64,000 nt of DNA from a virus, in IMG/VR virus record IMGVR_UViG_3300030329_004107, positions 4,328 through 68,327 of that record; one strand, 5' to 3'. Below are positions 50,537 through 59,606 of this stretch, piece after piece. Below the pieces are notes generated by a model. That model ran no database searches. It was given only the letters and a program-made list of their open reading frames with translations, and was not told the origin of the DNA. Every line of letters begins with the position of its first letter. The first letter of the stretch is position 1. Position numbers and translations under genes: made by a program.

Positions 50537-50953
50537 TCAAATGAAATCTTCATCATCTTCGTCGGATTCTTCATCTTCTTCGTGATCGGTTAGAAGCTCT
50601 TGGAGCAGTTCTTCGGTAGCTTCTCCCGCGCTAAAGCCTTCGGAAACATTAATCTCATCAGATTCTTCTGGCTCGAAATTAAAAACGTATTCGTGAGCTT
50701 CGGTTAAAATTTTGAAGGAGACTTCTTCTGGTTTTAATTCCACAGTCGATTCAGAGATGGAATTAAAAAGACAATCGTGACACAAAGTAACTACGGCGAT
50801 AGGTAATTCAGATGAGCTTACTAAAAAATAAGCTATTTTAAAATTTTTATATAAAAGCTGGCAATCTTTTTTACTATACTTTACGTCACAAGCATCACAG
50901 CAAAGTGACCGCGCTCTTATTTTATCTGGATAAATTAATTCCGCACATAACAT
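50537..50953 (-). CDS. Hypothetical Cys-containing protein with acidic tail
   Basis: CDAC...CHDC. Confidence 0.5.
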   Translation of the reverse strand: MLCAELIYPDKIRARSLCCDACDVKYSKKDCQLLYKNFKIAYFLVSSSELPIAVVTLCHDCLFNSISESTVELKPEEVSFKILTEAHEYVFNFEPEESDEINVSEGFSAGEATEELLQELLTDHEEDEESDEDDEDFI

Positions 50954-50971
50954 CCTACCATATATTACACT

Positions 50972-51334
50972 TTATTGGGGCGGGGATGGAAATATGCCTT
51001 GCGGCGGCTGCTGCGCGTATGGATTTTGTTGCGGCGGCGGCATTTGTTGCATTTGCTGTTGCTGCATTTGCTGTTGCATCGCCGCCATTTGACGCTCTTG
51101 AGCCATCCGCTGTTCTTCTTCTTGCTTCTGGCGTTTTAAAAATTGAATTTTATTTTCTTCAGCCTTTTCAAGTAAGAAAATTCGTTCTTGCCCTTTGTAG
51201 CTTTTGGCTTCTTCCCAAGAAAATCCCAAAAAAGTCACCATTTCCCAGTTATCTTCATAACCACGGCGAGGATCGAGGCCGTTGGTGCGCGGTTTTTTAG
51301 TGGTCTTTTTCTTATTTGCAATCTTTTCAGTCAT
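50972..51334 (-). CDS. Gln/Pro-rich hypothetical protein
   Basis: Low-complexity QQQMQ/PPQ tail. Confidence 0.55.
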   Translation of the reverse strand: MTEKIANKKKTTKKPRTNGLDPRRGYEDNWEMVTFLGFSWEEAKSYKGQERIFLLEKAEENKIQFLKRQKQEEEQRMAQERQMAAMQQQMQQQQMQQMPPPQQNPYAQQPPQGIFPSPPQ

Positions 51335-51389
51335 ATTTTTATTATACCTTTGATTATTTTATTTGGCAAACTTTTATTAGTAAATTTAA

Positions 51390-51815
51390 TTGAGTAGGTC
51401 ACGGCGCAAACCTTGCGAGGCAGTCTTTAATAGTCGTAGCCTAACCTTAAAGACTTTTTTATGTTTGTATGTCCCAAATTACCTCTCGGTTATCGCTACT
51501 ACTCAAATTTTAAATTAATGGGTAGGAGGAGTCTCATTTACCTCCATCTTTTCGGGGTTGTAGCTTGAGTTTCAAGTCAAAACCCTACTTTGAGCCAACC
51601 CTCATCAGCCCCCAGACTTGGTGAGTCCTGCCAATGAGCATTGCACGTTAACTGCCACAACAGCAGCTTATTCCGTCATACCCTTTGTCGCTCCGTCGAG
51701 CAACAAAATTGTTTCGCTTGCACCTTTTCGGCTAAATATGTAAGTTTTACCCAAAAAACCAAACCTTATTTCTTGTTTTGTGTTTTTTCTCCTTATGGAG
51801 AGCTTACATACTTCA
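51390..51815 (-). ncRNA. Candidate large structured ncRNA (GOLLD/ROOL-like class suspected)
   Basis: Gap with no convincing ORF and many stems: ATGTAAG/CTTACAT, TTGTTGCTC-GACG-GAGCGACAA, CTGCTG/TGGCAG, TAGGGTTTT...AACCCC, GGAGG/CCTCC, TTGAGTAG/CTACTCAA, AGTCTTTAA/TTAAAGACT, plus GNRA tetraloops. Family not confirmed. Confidence 0.6.
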
Positions 51816-52221
51816 TTGTGCATCCCAAGATGCAAGCAAATTTATTTTAAAGAACAAATTAAGAGCTTGTAAGCTCCATCACGCGAGCCATTAACTCGTC
51901 GTGGCTATAAGAAGTAGATTCTTCTTGTTGTCTGCTTTTAAGAGTGGCGTAACTACCATCTTTATTTGCAATATAAACATGAGAGGCTTTCCGCACAACT
52001 CTATCATCTACTTGATTATCTGAATTATTATTAATTACAATCATCTTATTTCCCTTTCTTTAGTAATCTTTTACGTTCTCTTTCTCGTATTCTGCGAATA
52101 AGCCTAGAATCTTCGTGAACCACTTCGAGGGTAGCGTTATTGCGGACATTTTGATCGGGCATAACGCCGAAATCCTGTATATGGACAACGCTCATTGGTA
52201 TGAGTTTCTGTTTCATTTTTT

Positions 52222-52569
52222 TTAAAGAATAAATATTTTATTTCCTTCTAGGAAAAGTTTTAAATTATAAGTTTTATCAATTTTTTTACCAGTTTTTACA
52301 TCAGTAAGAACCACATCGTGACGTTTATCCATCGTCATAGCAACTTGATGTTTCCACTTTGGTCTTGGAGCTTTCTTTTCTTCCAAGCTTTTAACTTCAT
52401 TTAAATCTACCGCGCCCTTTAACCAACCGCCTTTTTCGAGACAAGAGAAAGTCATATTAAAAGCGTGACTTTTCTTTAGTCTTTGCCTTTTATTTCTACT
52501 GTATCCCTCCTTAAAGCCCTTTATTTGGATGGACTTTTTCTTGGGAATGTATTTCGCTATTACAGTCAT
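52222..52569 (-). CDS. Basic hypothetical protein
   Basis: ORF. Confidence 0.45.
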   Translation of the reverse strand: MTVIAKYIPKKKSIQIKGFKEGYSRNKRQRLKKSHAFNMTFSCLEKGGWLKGAVDLNEVKSLEEKKAPRPKWKHQVAMTMDKRHDVVLTDVKTGKKIDKTYNLKLFLEGNKIFIL

Positions 52570-52691
52570 CTATTTCTCTTTTAAATTTTTTCGCGCCTTT
52601 TTTTGGCATTGTCACATATTAATCCCAACCCAACCTGTTTCCGTAAGATCAACACGCTACAATTCTTCGTGCTTCCCAAAAGGCGCAAAAA

Positions 52692-53048
52692 TTATTCAGA
52701 TGTCGGATCGTAAGTTCCCTTCATCTTGTCAATTTTTTCTTTTAAATCTTCTTGCATTTTCTTTTTAAAAAGCTCGGCAATCGCATGGTGGCCGCAGTTT
52801 CGTAAAACGTGTTCTGTTAGTGTGGCGATTTGTAAATCTGGATTATTAACCTTGTCTTTTTCCCAAGCCATCATTATCGGCCCAAAACCATATTGTTCTT
52901 CTCCGCATTCTTGATCGTCGCTGGCTACTGTAATTTCATCGACGGCGCGGGACATCGCTTCAAATGCTTTCTCTTTATATTTATCAGAAAAATCATCTTC
53001 AATGTCGATTTCTTTAGTCCAGTTAGTTCCTTGTACGGTGAATATCAT
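52692..53048 (-). CDS. Hypothetical protein
   Basis: ORF. Confidence 0.5.
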   Translation of the reverse strand: MIFTVQGTNWTKEIDIEDDFSDKYKEKAFEAMSRAVDEITVASDDQECGEEQYGFGPIMMAWEKDKVNNPDLQIATLTEHVLRNCGHHAIAELFKKKMQEDLKEKIDKMKGTYDPTSE

Positions 53049-53545
53049 TATTTAGATTCCTTATCAATATAGTTATTTTTTTCAAACTCTCGCGCTTTCA
53101 AAATGGAAGATTCTTCTACCCAAAAAATAGTACCATGAAAATTAAACCTGCGGCGTAACGCCCCGCCTTCATAACGAGCAATTAAATTAAGACCTTTTAT
53201 CTTATACAATTCCCCTTCGGTTAATTCCTCTGTTGGCACTACATCGCTTTTCAGCGAATCGTCTAATAAAAAAGTTTCTGCATGGGGGGTGTTTTTAAAT
53301 TTTTTAAGGAAGAACTGCAAGGAATCTGCGGGGGAGGGTGCTTCTATTTTATTTGGCATTTTTTCATTCACAATTTTAATGTCCTCGCCCTCAATCTCAA
53401 TCTTATCAGCACCCGCTGTACCAGTGATCTTGTTCGCAGGATGCTCACTGAAGTAGTAGACCTCTACTTTTTTACCGCACTTCGATGTGATCGTTGCTTT
53501 CTTCACTGTAAAAAATAGTATAACACACGCTTTAGCATCTGTCAA
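53048..53545 (-). CDS. Hypothetical protein (true start probably ~53509)
   Basis: ORF; the called start overlaps a sigma70-type promoter. Confidence 0.5.
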   Translation of the reverse strand: MTDAKACVILFFTVKKATITSKCGKKVEVYYFSEHPANKITGTAGADKIEIEGEDIKIVNEKMPNKIEAPSPADSLQFFLKKFKNTPHAETFLLDDSLKSDVVPTEELTEGELYKIKGLNLIARYEGGALRRRFNFHGTIFWVEESSILKAREFEKNNYIDKESK

Positions 53546-53553
53546 CAGTTTTT

Positions 53554-53790
53554 TTAATTATTTGCCCCTATCCAATTAGCGTATCCGTAAACGCTCATTA
53601 CAACTAAAATAGAGGACATGACCGCTGTGGGGTAAGCCTCTCTAGCAAAGCTGTACGCGCCAACCAAAGCGTTACCGAAAATCCAAAGCAACCACGAATT
53701 AGGATTTAAATTTGCATTTAAAAAATAGCCCAACAAAACAAGAACCATTCCAATCCAACCTAACCAATGTTTGCTACAAATTTCTCTCAT
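53554..53790 (-). CDS. Small three-TM membrane protein (PnuC-like fragment)
   Basis: WLLWIFGN...YGYANW. Confidence 0.5.
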   Translation of the reverse strand: MREICSKHWLGWIGMVLVLLGYFLNANLNPNSWLLWIFGNALVGAYSFAREAYPTAVMSSILVVMSVYGYANWIGANN

Positions 53791-54332
53791 ATTAATCTTT
53801 GACTCTCAACGGCATCGAAAAGTTTCTTCTCGGTGCAGTAATAACATTTAAGTAGTTCTTCATCAATCCCTAAAAGGCGGCGAATATCACCTATTCTCAT
53901 ATTGACCAGCTTTTTAAACTGGACTTTAGATAAATCTGAAGCGCATCTGCTTCCTGCCATCACCCCGCTATAAAAAACGAACCTTTCTTCTTCTGTGAAG
54001 TTGTAGCCTTCGGGGTAAAAATATTTAGCACAAAAATAAAACAGATTACGCCGCCATCGCCGCATCTTCTTCGAGCTTCCCATCGTGTAGCCGATCACGA
54101 AAGCCTCGTCTTTGAGCATTAATCCGCGACCCACAAGTATGTGTATAGTATCATGCGAGAAAAGATCAACGTAACCAGCAAAAAGTCCAATGTCATATTT
54201 AGGGTTTTCTATAAGTTTAATTATTAAGGGTATGTCTGACTGCTCCAAGGCAATCGGTTCCATGCTAGACAAGCATTCTTTTAGAGTTTTTTCGCTCTGT
54301 GAAAGGGGTATATGCCATTCTTCAGCTTCCAT
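53787..54332 (-). CDS. Coq4-like protein
   Basis: HDxxHxLxG...E motif (HDTIHILVG...DE). Confidence 0.5.
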   Translation of the reverse strand: MEAEEWHIPLSQSEKTLKECLSSMEPIALEQSDIPLIIKLIENPKYDIGLFAGYVDLFSHDTIHILVGRGLMLKDEAFVIGYTMGSSKKMRRWRRNLFYFCAKYFYPEGYNFTEEERFVFYSGVMAGSRCASDLSKVQFKKLVNMRIGDIRRLLGIDEELLKCYYCTEKKLFDAVESQRLI

Positions 54333-54662
54333 TTAATTTATTTGCTTTTTTATATTCGGCCCAAGTTTTTTCTAACCAATATTTCCAAGCATCGCTTGCT
54401 AAAATATCTTGCTCTTCTTTTTTTCTTCTGGCATAAAATTCTTTATTTGTCTCAAATGCTGCTCGAAATCTTCTACTCTTACTCATCTAACGAAATCTTT
54501 CTTGTATCACTGCGTTTTTATTTTCATCTACATAACCATATTTATCATTTATAATACAATATAATTTAACTATATCCGCATCTCTGCATTCGTTTTTATC
54601 TGATACGAATTGTAAAACATCTGATCTAATTTTTTCGAGAGTATAAATTTTTTTATCCGATT

Positions 54663-54953
54663 TCATTTTTTGGGCCTTGCATGCCAGTGCATATGATCTG
54701 GTATTTTATTTTCTTTTTTATCAATATAAAAGTGCGGCCCCCCATAAAACCTATACGCAACCTTTGTTAACATTCTTTCCATTTCAGCCCGTAAGTACGG
54801 CGAGCCGCCGTCTTTAGGGTCGATGTGTTCCCACGGTACAATCATGGGAACCTTACAATTCATACAGTCAAGTATAATGAAATTCTCATCTCTATAATAC
54901 TCATTTATTATTGTATGTAACTCGCATAATTCACATTTGTCATCTTTACGCAC
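54663..54953 (-). CDS. HIT-like protein
   Basis: CELC and HMHWH motifs. Confidence 0.55.
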   Translation of the reverse strand: MRKDDKCELCELHTIINEYYRDENFIILDCMNCKVPMIVPWEHIDPKDGGSPYLRAEMERMLTKVAYRFYGGPHFYIDKKENKIPDHMHWHARPKK

Positions 54954-55485
54954 ACTCTACTTTACTCCAATTTGTATAAGGTTTGTCAGCAACCCATTCT
55001 ATTTGTCTACCAGTATCACCATTGAACCAGTAGTGAGCTACCTGTGTTTCATTTGGTATAAATGTTCCTTCTGAAGTGGGATCGGGTTCCCAATCTACAT
55101 GATAAATATCATAAATAGAATCTATTATATTAATGTCATCTTTTATTTTAACGTGTATTCCAACGAAATCTTGAGCTTCTTCGAGTGTCGCAAAATGTAA
55201 TTTACCTTGATCCATCCACCCAGCGTAAGGCCAGCCTTGATCCTCTTCAGCGGTCATGTATTCTCTTTCGTAGCTGAAGCTACCTCTGGTATTTTGACTG
55301 AATATCCACTCTCCCTGCTCTCGCTCATAACAATAAACTCTATAATTCCAGTTAAACCCAGCTTCTCCGGTTTCACCCTCTTCGCCTTTGGGGTCGTGTT
55401 CTTTTTCTTCGTATTTGCAGGTAACTGTCCAAGTGGTCAACGCCCCCATTACTCCTGCTTTTTTGATAAAATCTCGCCTATTCAT
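54946..55485 (-). CDS. Tat-signal exported/lipoprotein, hypothetical
   Basis: MNRRDFIK twin-arginine motif. Confidence 0.5.
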   Translation of the reverse strand: MNRRDFIKKAGVMGALTTWTVTCKYEEKEHDPKGEEGETGEAGFNWNYRVYCYEREQGEWIFSQNTRGSFSYEREYMTAEEDQGWPYAGWMDQGKLHFATLEEAQDFVGIHVKIKDDINIIDSIYDIYHVDWEPDPTSEGTFIPNETQVAHYWFNGDTGRQIEWVADKPYTNWSKVECA

Positions 55486-55490
55486 GATAT

Positions 55491-55694
55491 TTAATCCCAA
55501 TTATATTTGTTAATTGCCGCAAGGCAATCATCTGCATTAGCAAGTTTCTCTACTTGTTTAGACATTTCTTCAACAATTTGAGGATGCTCGCCAATTCCTG
55601 CTGGGTTGTTAAAGTAAACCTCAAGGGTCGCATACGCTTCAGTACGCTGGGCTTCGTATTTCGACTTTAGTGCTTCTCTTAACGCTTTTTTCAT
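55491..55694 (-). CDS. Conserved small phage protein
   Basis: Y..NPAGIGEHP motif. Confidence 0.6.
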   Translation of the reverse strand: MKKALREALKSKYEAQRTEAYATLEVYFNNPAGIGEHPQIVEEMSKQVEKLANADDCLAAINKYNWD

Positions 55695-55695
55695 A

Positions 55696-56904
55696 TTACC
55701 TTCTGAACTGTGGTTGGTTATTGGGGCTGATCGGCGGGAAAAAGTTTCCGCCGCTAGGGATAGATGGATTCATTCCGTTATTAAAGGGCTGTCCATTGTT
55801 AAACGGTTGCCCATTGTTGGTTGGCTGGCCGTTGTTATTTGGCATTTGGCCTTGACCATTTTGATTGTTATTTCCCAAATTAGCGGGAGCAACCCCTAAC
55901 TGCGTCAAAGTTCTCTGGTTTAGATTCAGATGAAACTTACGAGTAGACAAGCCTCGCAATTTAGGGTCAGCTTTCATAAAAACCACGCCTGTTTCGCTTA
56001 CTACAAAACCAATAGAAGGGTTGGTTTGGTTCGCGATTATATTTAACAACTGCATCGCGGTTATATTGTACAATTTGGGAGGCATTCCTTTAAGCGTCAC
56101 ATCATCTGGGACGAAAGTTGCACCCGTGGCATCAACTGGGGTAACTGGTAATGCGCTATTAGCAAGGGGCGCATTTGGCAACAGCGGTAAAGACGGGGGA
56201 TTAGGAGGTGTCGCGCTCATTCCAAGCGGCAATCCTGTTGTTGGGTCAACCTGTGTCGGAGAACCCGAATTTGGCGGCGTAACGCCCATTCCCATCGGTA
56301 GCCCCGTTGTTGGGTCAAGATTTGGAGCGGAGCCGTTAAGGTTATTATTATTCTGATTATTATTTTGATTATTATTTGGTCGATTTTTAGTAGGATCGTA
56401 AATCGTGTCAAAAATAAAGTTGATGCCGTTGGCCTTGGCGAACATTGTATCCATCGCCTCCACCACTTCCGCAAGGGTAAAGTTCTCTAAAGACCCCACC
56501 TCTTGTAGAACTATTTTATTTAGTTTATTTCGTATAAGCCCCCTAGAAGAAGGAACTGGTAGAGCAGTCTTTTGGCGACGATAACCAAAGTTTGGGCCGC
56601 TCTGAAGATAACCCGCTTCGCCAAGCGCATTTATTTGATGAAGAAACTTGTTCCATCGAATTTGCTCTGGCGATAAGCCTAAATTATTGTAATTTGGCGG
56701 GACACTCTTTTTGAGAGTCTCGACTTGGCCTTGTAAAATGTTAATTTGATCCTTCAACATCTGCAACTCGGTTACAGAAATTGGCGGTGCTGGCTGAACC
56801 ACATCTGGACGCATAGGCGGCGGTGGCAGAATCGGTAATTGCGGCGGCGTTCCAACCCCAGCGCGAACAGAAAATGTTAGTAATAATGTAATAATATATT
56901 TCAT
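55696..56904 (-). CDS. Secreted Pro/Asn-rich protein with a secretin N-domain-like segment
   Basis: Signal peptide; two DPTTGLP repeats; ENFTLAEVV...NITAMQLLNII..Q...FVVSETGVVF. Confidence 0.45.
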   Translation of the reverse strand: MKYIITLLLTFSVRAGVGTPPQLPILPPPPMRPDVVQPAPPISVTELQMLKDQINILQGQVETLKKSVPPNYNNLGLSPEQIRWNKFLHQINALGEAGYLQSGPNFGYRRQKTALPVPSSRGLIRNKLNKIVLQEVGSLENFTLAEVVEAMDTMFAKANGINFIFDTIYDPTKNRPNNNQNNNQNNNNLNGSAPNLDPTTGLPMGMGVTPPNSGSPTQVDPTTGLPLGMSATPPNPPSLPLLPNAPLANSALPVTPVDATGATFVPDDVTLKGMPPKLYNITAMQLLNIIANQTNPSIGFVVSETGVVFMKADPKLRGLSTRKFHLNLNQRTLTQLGVAPANLGNNNQNGQGQMPNNNGQPTNNGQPFNNGQPFNNGMNPSIPSGGNFFPPISPNNQPQFRR

Positions 56905-57437
56905 CGTAATTCCTTTCTCAAGAGCCTCCATCTATCGCTGTCGATAGTTTTATTTCCTTTATCTATTTCTTTTAACATCGTCATTATTTCGTCGATGCTG
57001 TTATAAATATAATGATGAGGAAGCATACCCATCATCCAAAGAGGCGTTTGGGATTTTCCTCCCTCCATAGAAATAAAAATCGGCTTTTTCATTCTGACCG
57101 CAGTAACTATCTCCTCCGCGCTTCCCCAGCTTGCCACATCGGGTAATAAATGAGCGATAATAAAATCAGACCTATCTACTAAATTGAGATCATAACTGCG
57201 TACCGTGGTCATTCTTTCTGCAACATCACTATAATAGCCGTTCATCATATCGTCGGCCATCCTGCTGCGAGCAGCCTCGTCCTCATCTACGTCTTTTACA
57301 AAAGGTTTTTTATACGGGTTGAAAACGACAATATCTAGCTGCTCTAGCTCTTTTTCTACTTCTTCGCGCCAGTTGCGACCATCTGCATATTGCATATGCC
57401 CTACTAAATAGGTTCTGGTTTTTTCTAGTATTCCCAT
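56901..57437 (-). CDS. Nucleoside 2-deoxyribosyltransferase-like protein
   Basis: YLVGHM...WRE...FNP...DL..VDRSD...GSAEE...KKPI. Confidence 0.75.
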   Translation of the reverse strand: MGILEKTRTYLVGHMQYADGRNWREEVEKELEQLDIVVFNPYKKPFVKDVDEDEAARSRMADDMMNGYYSDVAERMTTVRSYDLNLVDRSDFIIAHLLPDVASWGSAEEIVTAVRMKKPIFISMEGGKSQTPLWMMGMLPHHYIYNSIDEIMTMLKEIDKGNKTIDSDRWRLLRKELR

Positions 57438-57475
57438 AAATCTATTCTATTATACGCTTTGGCCCGTGTCAAGCC

Positions 57476-57679
57476 CTATCTCCACAATTCGTTTTCTTCG
57501 GCTTGTTTTTTAGCTGCCCATTTAGCAGCACTTTTTTGCTTTTTCTTCTTTTCTGACGGTGGAACGTAATATCTACGATCCCGCACTTGCTGTAAAGTGC
57601 CTTCTCTATCGAGCTTTTTTTTAAGTTTTTTTAAAGCTTGATCCACTGACATACCTTTTCCTAGTCTAACTTCACTCAT
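57476..57679 (-). CDS. rpsU: 30S ribosomal protein bS21
   Basis: VDQALKKLKKK..REG.LQ...RRYYVPPSEKKK. Confidence 0.85.
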   Translation of the reverse strand: MSEVRLGKGMSVDQALKKLKKKLDREGTLQQVRDRRYYVPPSEKKKKQKSAAKWAAKKQAEENELWR

Positions 57680-58002
57680 TTGCTTTATTTATTATCTCCT
57701 TTCTTATTTTATCTATTGTTATTTTAGCGTGAAATGCGAATTTCTTGTCGTGCCAACTGGCATCTGATGACTTTATTTTTTGTATATACCCCTTTGATGC
57801 CCTATCTAGGACTCTTAAAATCTCTTCTACTGGGAGGTAATGCTTCACTTATCATATATTATTCTCCCAATAAATATTTTAATAAATTTTTATTCTTTTT
57901 TGAACAAATCCTTTATTATTGCCCATATTCCTAAAAATAATAAACTAAAAAAATAGAAAATAGATAGAATTACTGTCCAGATTGCTTCTATTATCGTTTT
58001 CA

Positions 58003-58665
58003 TTACCAATTCAGTGCCTTGCTAACATTTGGAAATTGCTCAATAAAGATGTCTTTTACGGCGTTGGCAATGTCTCGATGCTCTTTTTGCGTGTTTTCTT
58101 CTGTTCTCAAGTCGATATAATGTACCCAGCTACGGACTGTTCCGTTCATATACAGTGTCGTTTCCGTAGTCAACGGCAAAACCATTCTCGCGCTTTCTTT
58201 TGCGACACCCGCCTCAATTAACTCATTATATAACTTAATGCCTTGGTTCAAATGCTGGGAAATAGCCAATGAAGCTGGAACATTTTTGTAATCATCGGTA
58301 AGTGTCGGATCAATGACATCCGTAGAGCTTTGCCTATTCTTTTCAGCTTGCTGGCGCAACTCCAAAGGCTCAAGCTTTTGCGCTTCGCTATATCTTTGGC
58401 TAAATTCTTGAAAGCTGAAGCTTCTGTGCCTTAATATCTGCGCGGCGATGGCTCTGCTGGTTTTTATTTCCACACACATACTTGCAAGCTCGAAAGGCGA
58501 CCAGTGCTTGTGCTTAATTAGAAAGCCAATTAGCTTGGGCGCAGTCTTTGTGTTCATTTGGTTGCTTGGGTTAGATACTCTCGCACAATAAGCGATAATA
58601 TCTTCCGCAGACATCCCCGACGAACCTATTTGGGGCTGAGTAAGCGATACTAATTTTACGTTCAT
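58003..58665 (-). CDS. thyX: FAD-dependent thymidylate synthase
   Basis: ARVS, HWSPFE, RHRSFSFQEFSQRY, ARMVLP, TQKEHR. Confidence 0.93.
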   Translation of the reverse strand: MNVKLVSLTQPQIGSSGMSAEDIIAYCARVSNPSNQMNTKTAPKLIGFLIKHKHWSPFELASMCVEIKTSRAIAAQILRHRSFSFQEFSQRYSEAQKLEPLELRQQAEKNRQSSTDVIDPTLTDDYKNVPASLAISQHLNQGIKLYNELIEAGVAKESARMVLPLTTETTLYMNGTVRSWVHYIDLRTEENTQKEHRDIANAVKDIFIEQFPNVSKALNW

Positions 58666-58668
58666 TTT

Positions 58669-59184
58669 TTAAAATCCAAAATCGTCATCTTGTTTTTGCA
58701 CTGGACTCAACTGGCTGGCCTTTGCTATGTAATTAAGAGGCCCGTCTGGGCGATATATTTTCTTTGTTTTAATCCTATCGAACTGTTCGCGACTGATTTC
58801 GCCAAGAACCTCTACTCGCGTATAATCCTTGGGATTTAACCGAGCCAAAACGAATTTCTTAACGTCCTTGTGTTTACCCGTCCACTCTTCGGCGGGGATT
58901 TTAAGCTCCGGTTCCCCCGCTCCAAAATAAGTCACGGTCTTGACTTCGATATCCTTAAAGTCCATACCGTCATCTCTAACTTCGTAAATGTTACGATCTA
59001 TTTCCAAGCCCGTGCATTTACCATAAGCGGCCTCGCCAAGAATGCCAATTTCATGTGCCATTGACCTCGCTGAACCCTCATGCCATTGAGTATTATTTCT
59101 AAAAGAAGCGTCTTTAGCGTAATGACGCTTGCGACCAAGTGCGGCTATTTCCTCGGCTTCTTTCTTTGTAAATGTAATTAACAT
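58669..59184 (-). CDS. PD-(D/E)XK nuclease-like protein
   Basis: GILGE.A...D.G.D...IEVKT. Confidence 0.5.
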   Translation of the reverse strand: MLITFTKKEAEEIAALGRKRHYAKDASFRNNTQWHEGSARSMAHEIGILGEAAYGKCTGLEIDRNIYEVRDDGMDFKDIEVKTVTYFGAGEPELKIPAEEWTGKHKDVKKFVLARLNPKDYTRVEVLGEISREQFDRIKTKKIYRPDGPLNYIAKASQLSPVQKQDDDFGF

Positions 59185-59606
59185 CAGAGAAATCTATATT
59201 TAACGACCTCGCCGCTCTCTTTCGACTTATATAAAAAAACAATTTTAGTAGAGAATCCTACTTCTAGCCTAATCCACTCTATGTCAAACTCACTTTTCGA
59301 TGAATAGGTATAAATGTCATAATCTGGATCAGAGGTCTTATGTATTTTTCTTTTTGTTTTAGGTTTGGTTTTCATCGCTAATCTTGTTTTAGTTGTCTCT
59401 ATCGAAATAATCAGTATAGTGACCTTGTACATCTCCCGTCACTTTAGGATAAGTTTTTGGACGAATAGTGCTGTTCATCTCTAGCTGTCTATTATATATA
59501 TCTACTTGCTGCTTACCGTAATCTGCAATAAAAAACGCTCTTTCTCTACACGGAAAAATATAGGCTGCTATCTTGATAAATATTTTAAACAGAAAAAGCC
59601 TCATGA

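Noticed and set aside
51390-51815. tmRNA or RNase P RNA
   Set aside because: No tRNA-like GGGG...TTCRA...CCA ends and no GAGGAAAGTCC motif.
57724-57855. In-frame TAG in a plausible small ORF, hinting at stop-codon recoding
   Set aside because: TAG ends credible genes elsewhere (e.g. bS21, the 2OG oxygenase), long genes are intact in the standard code, and the tRNA anticodon is UCU, not CUA.
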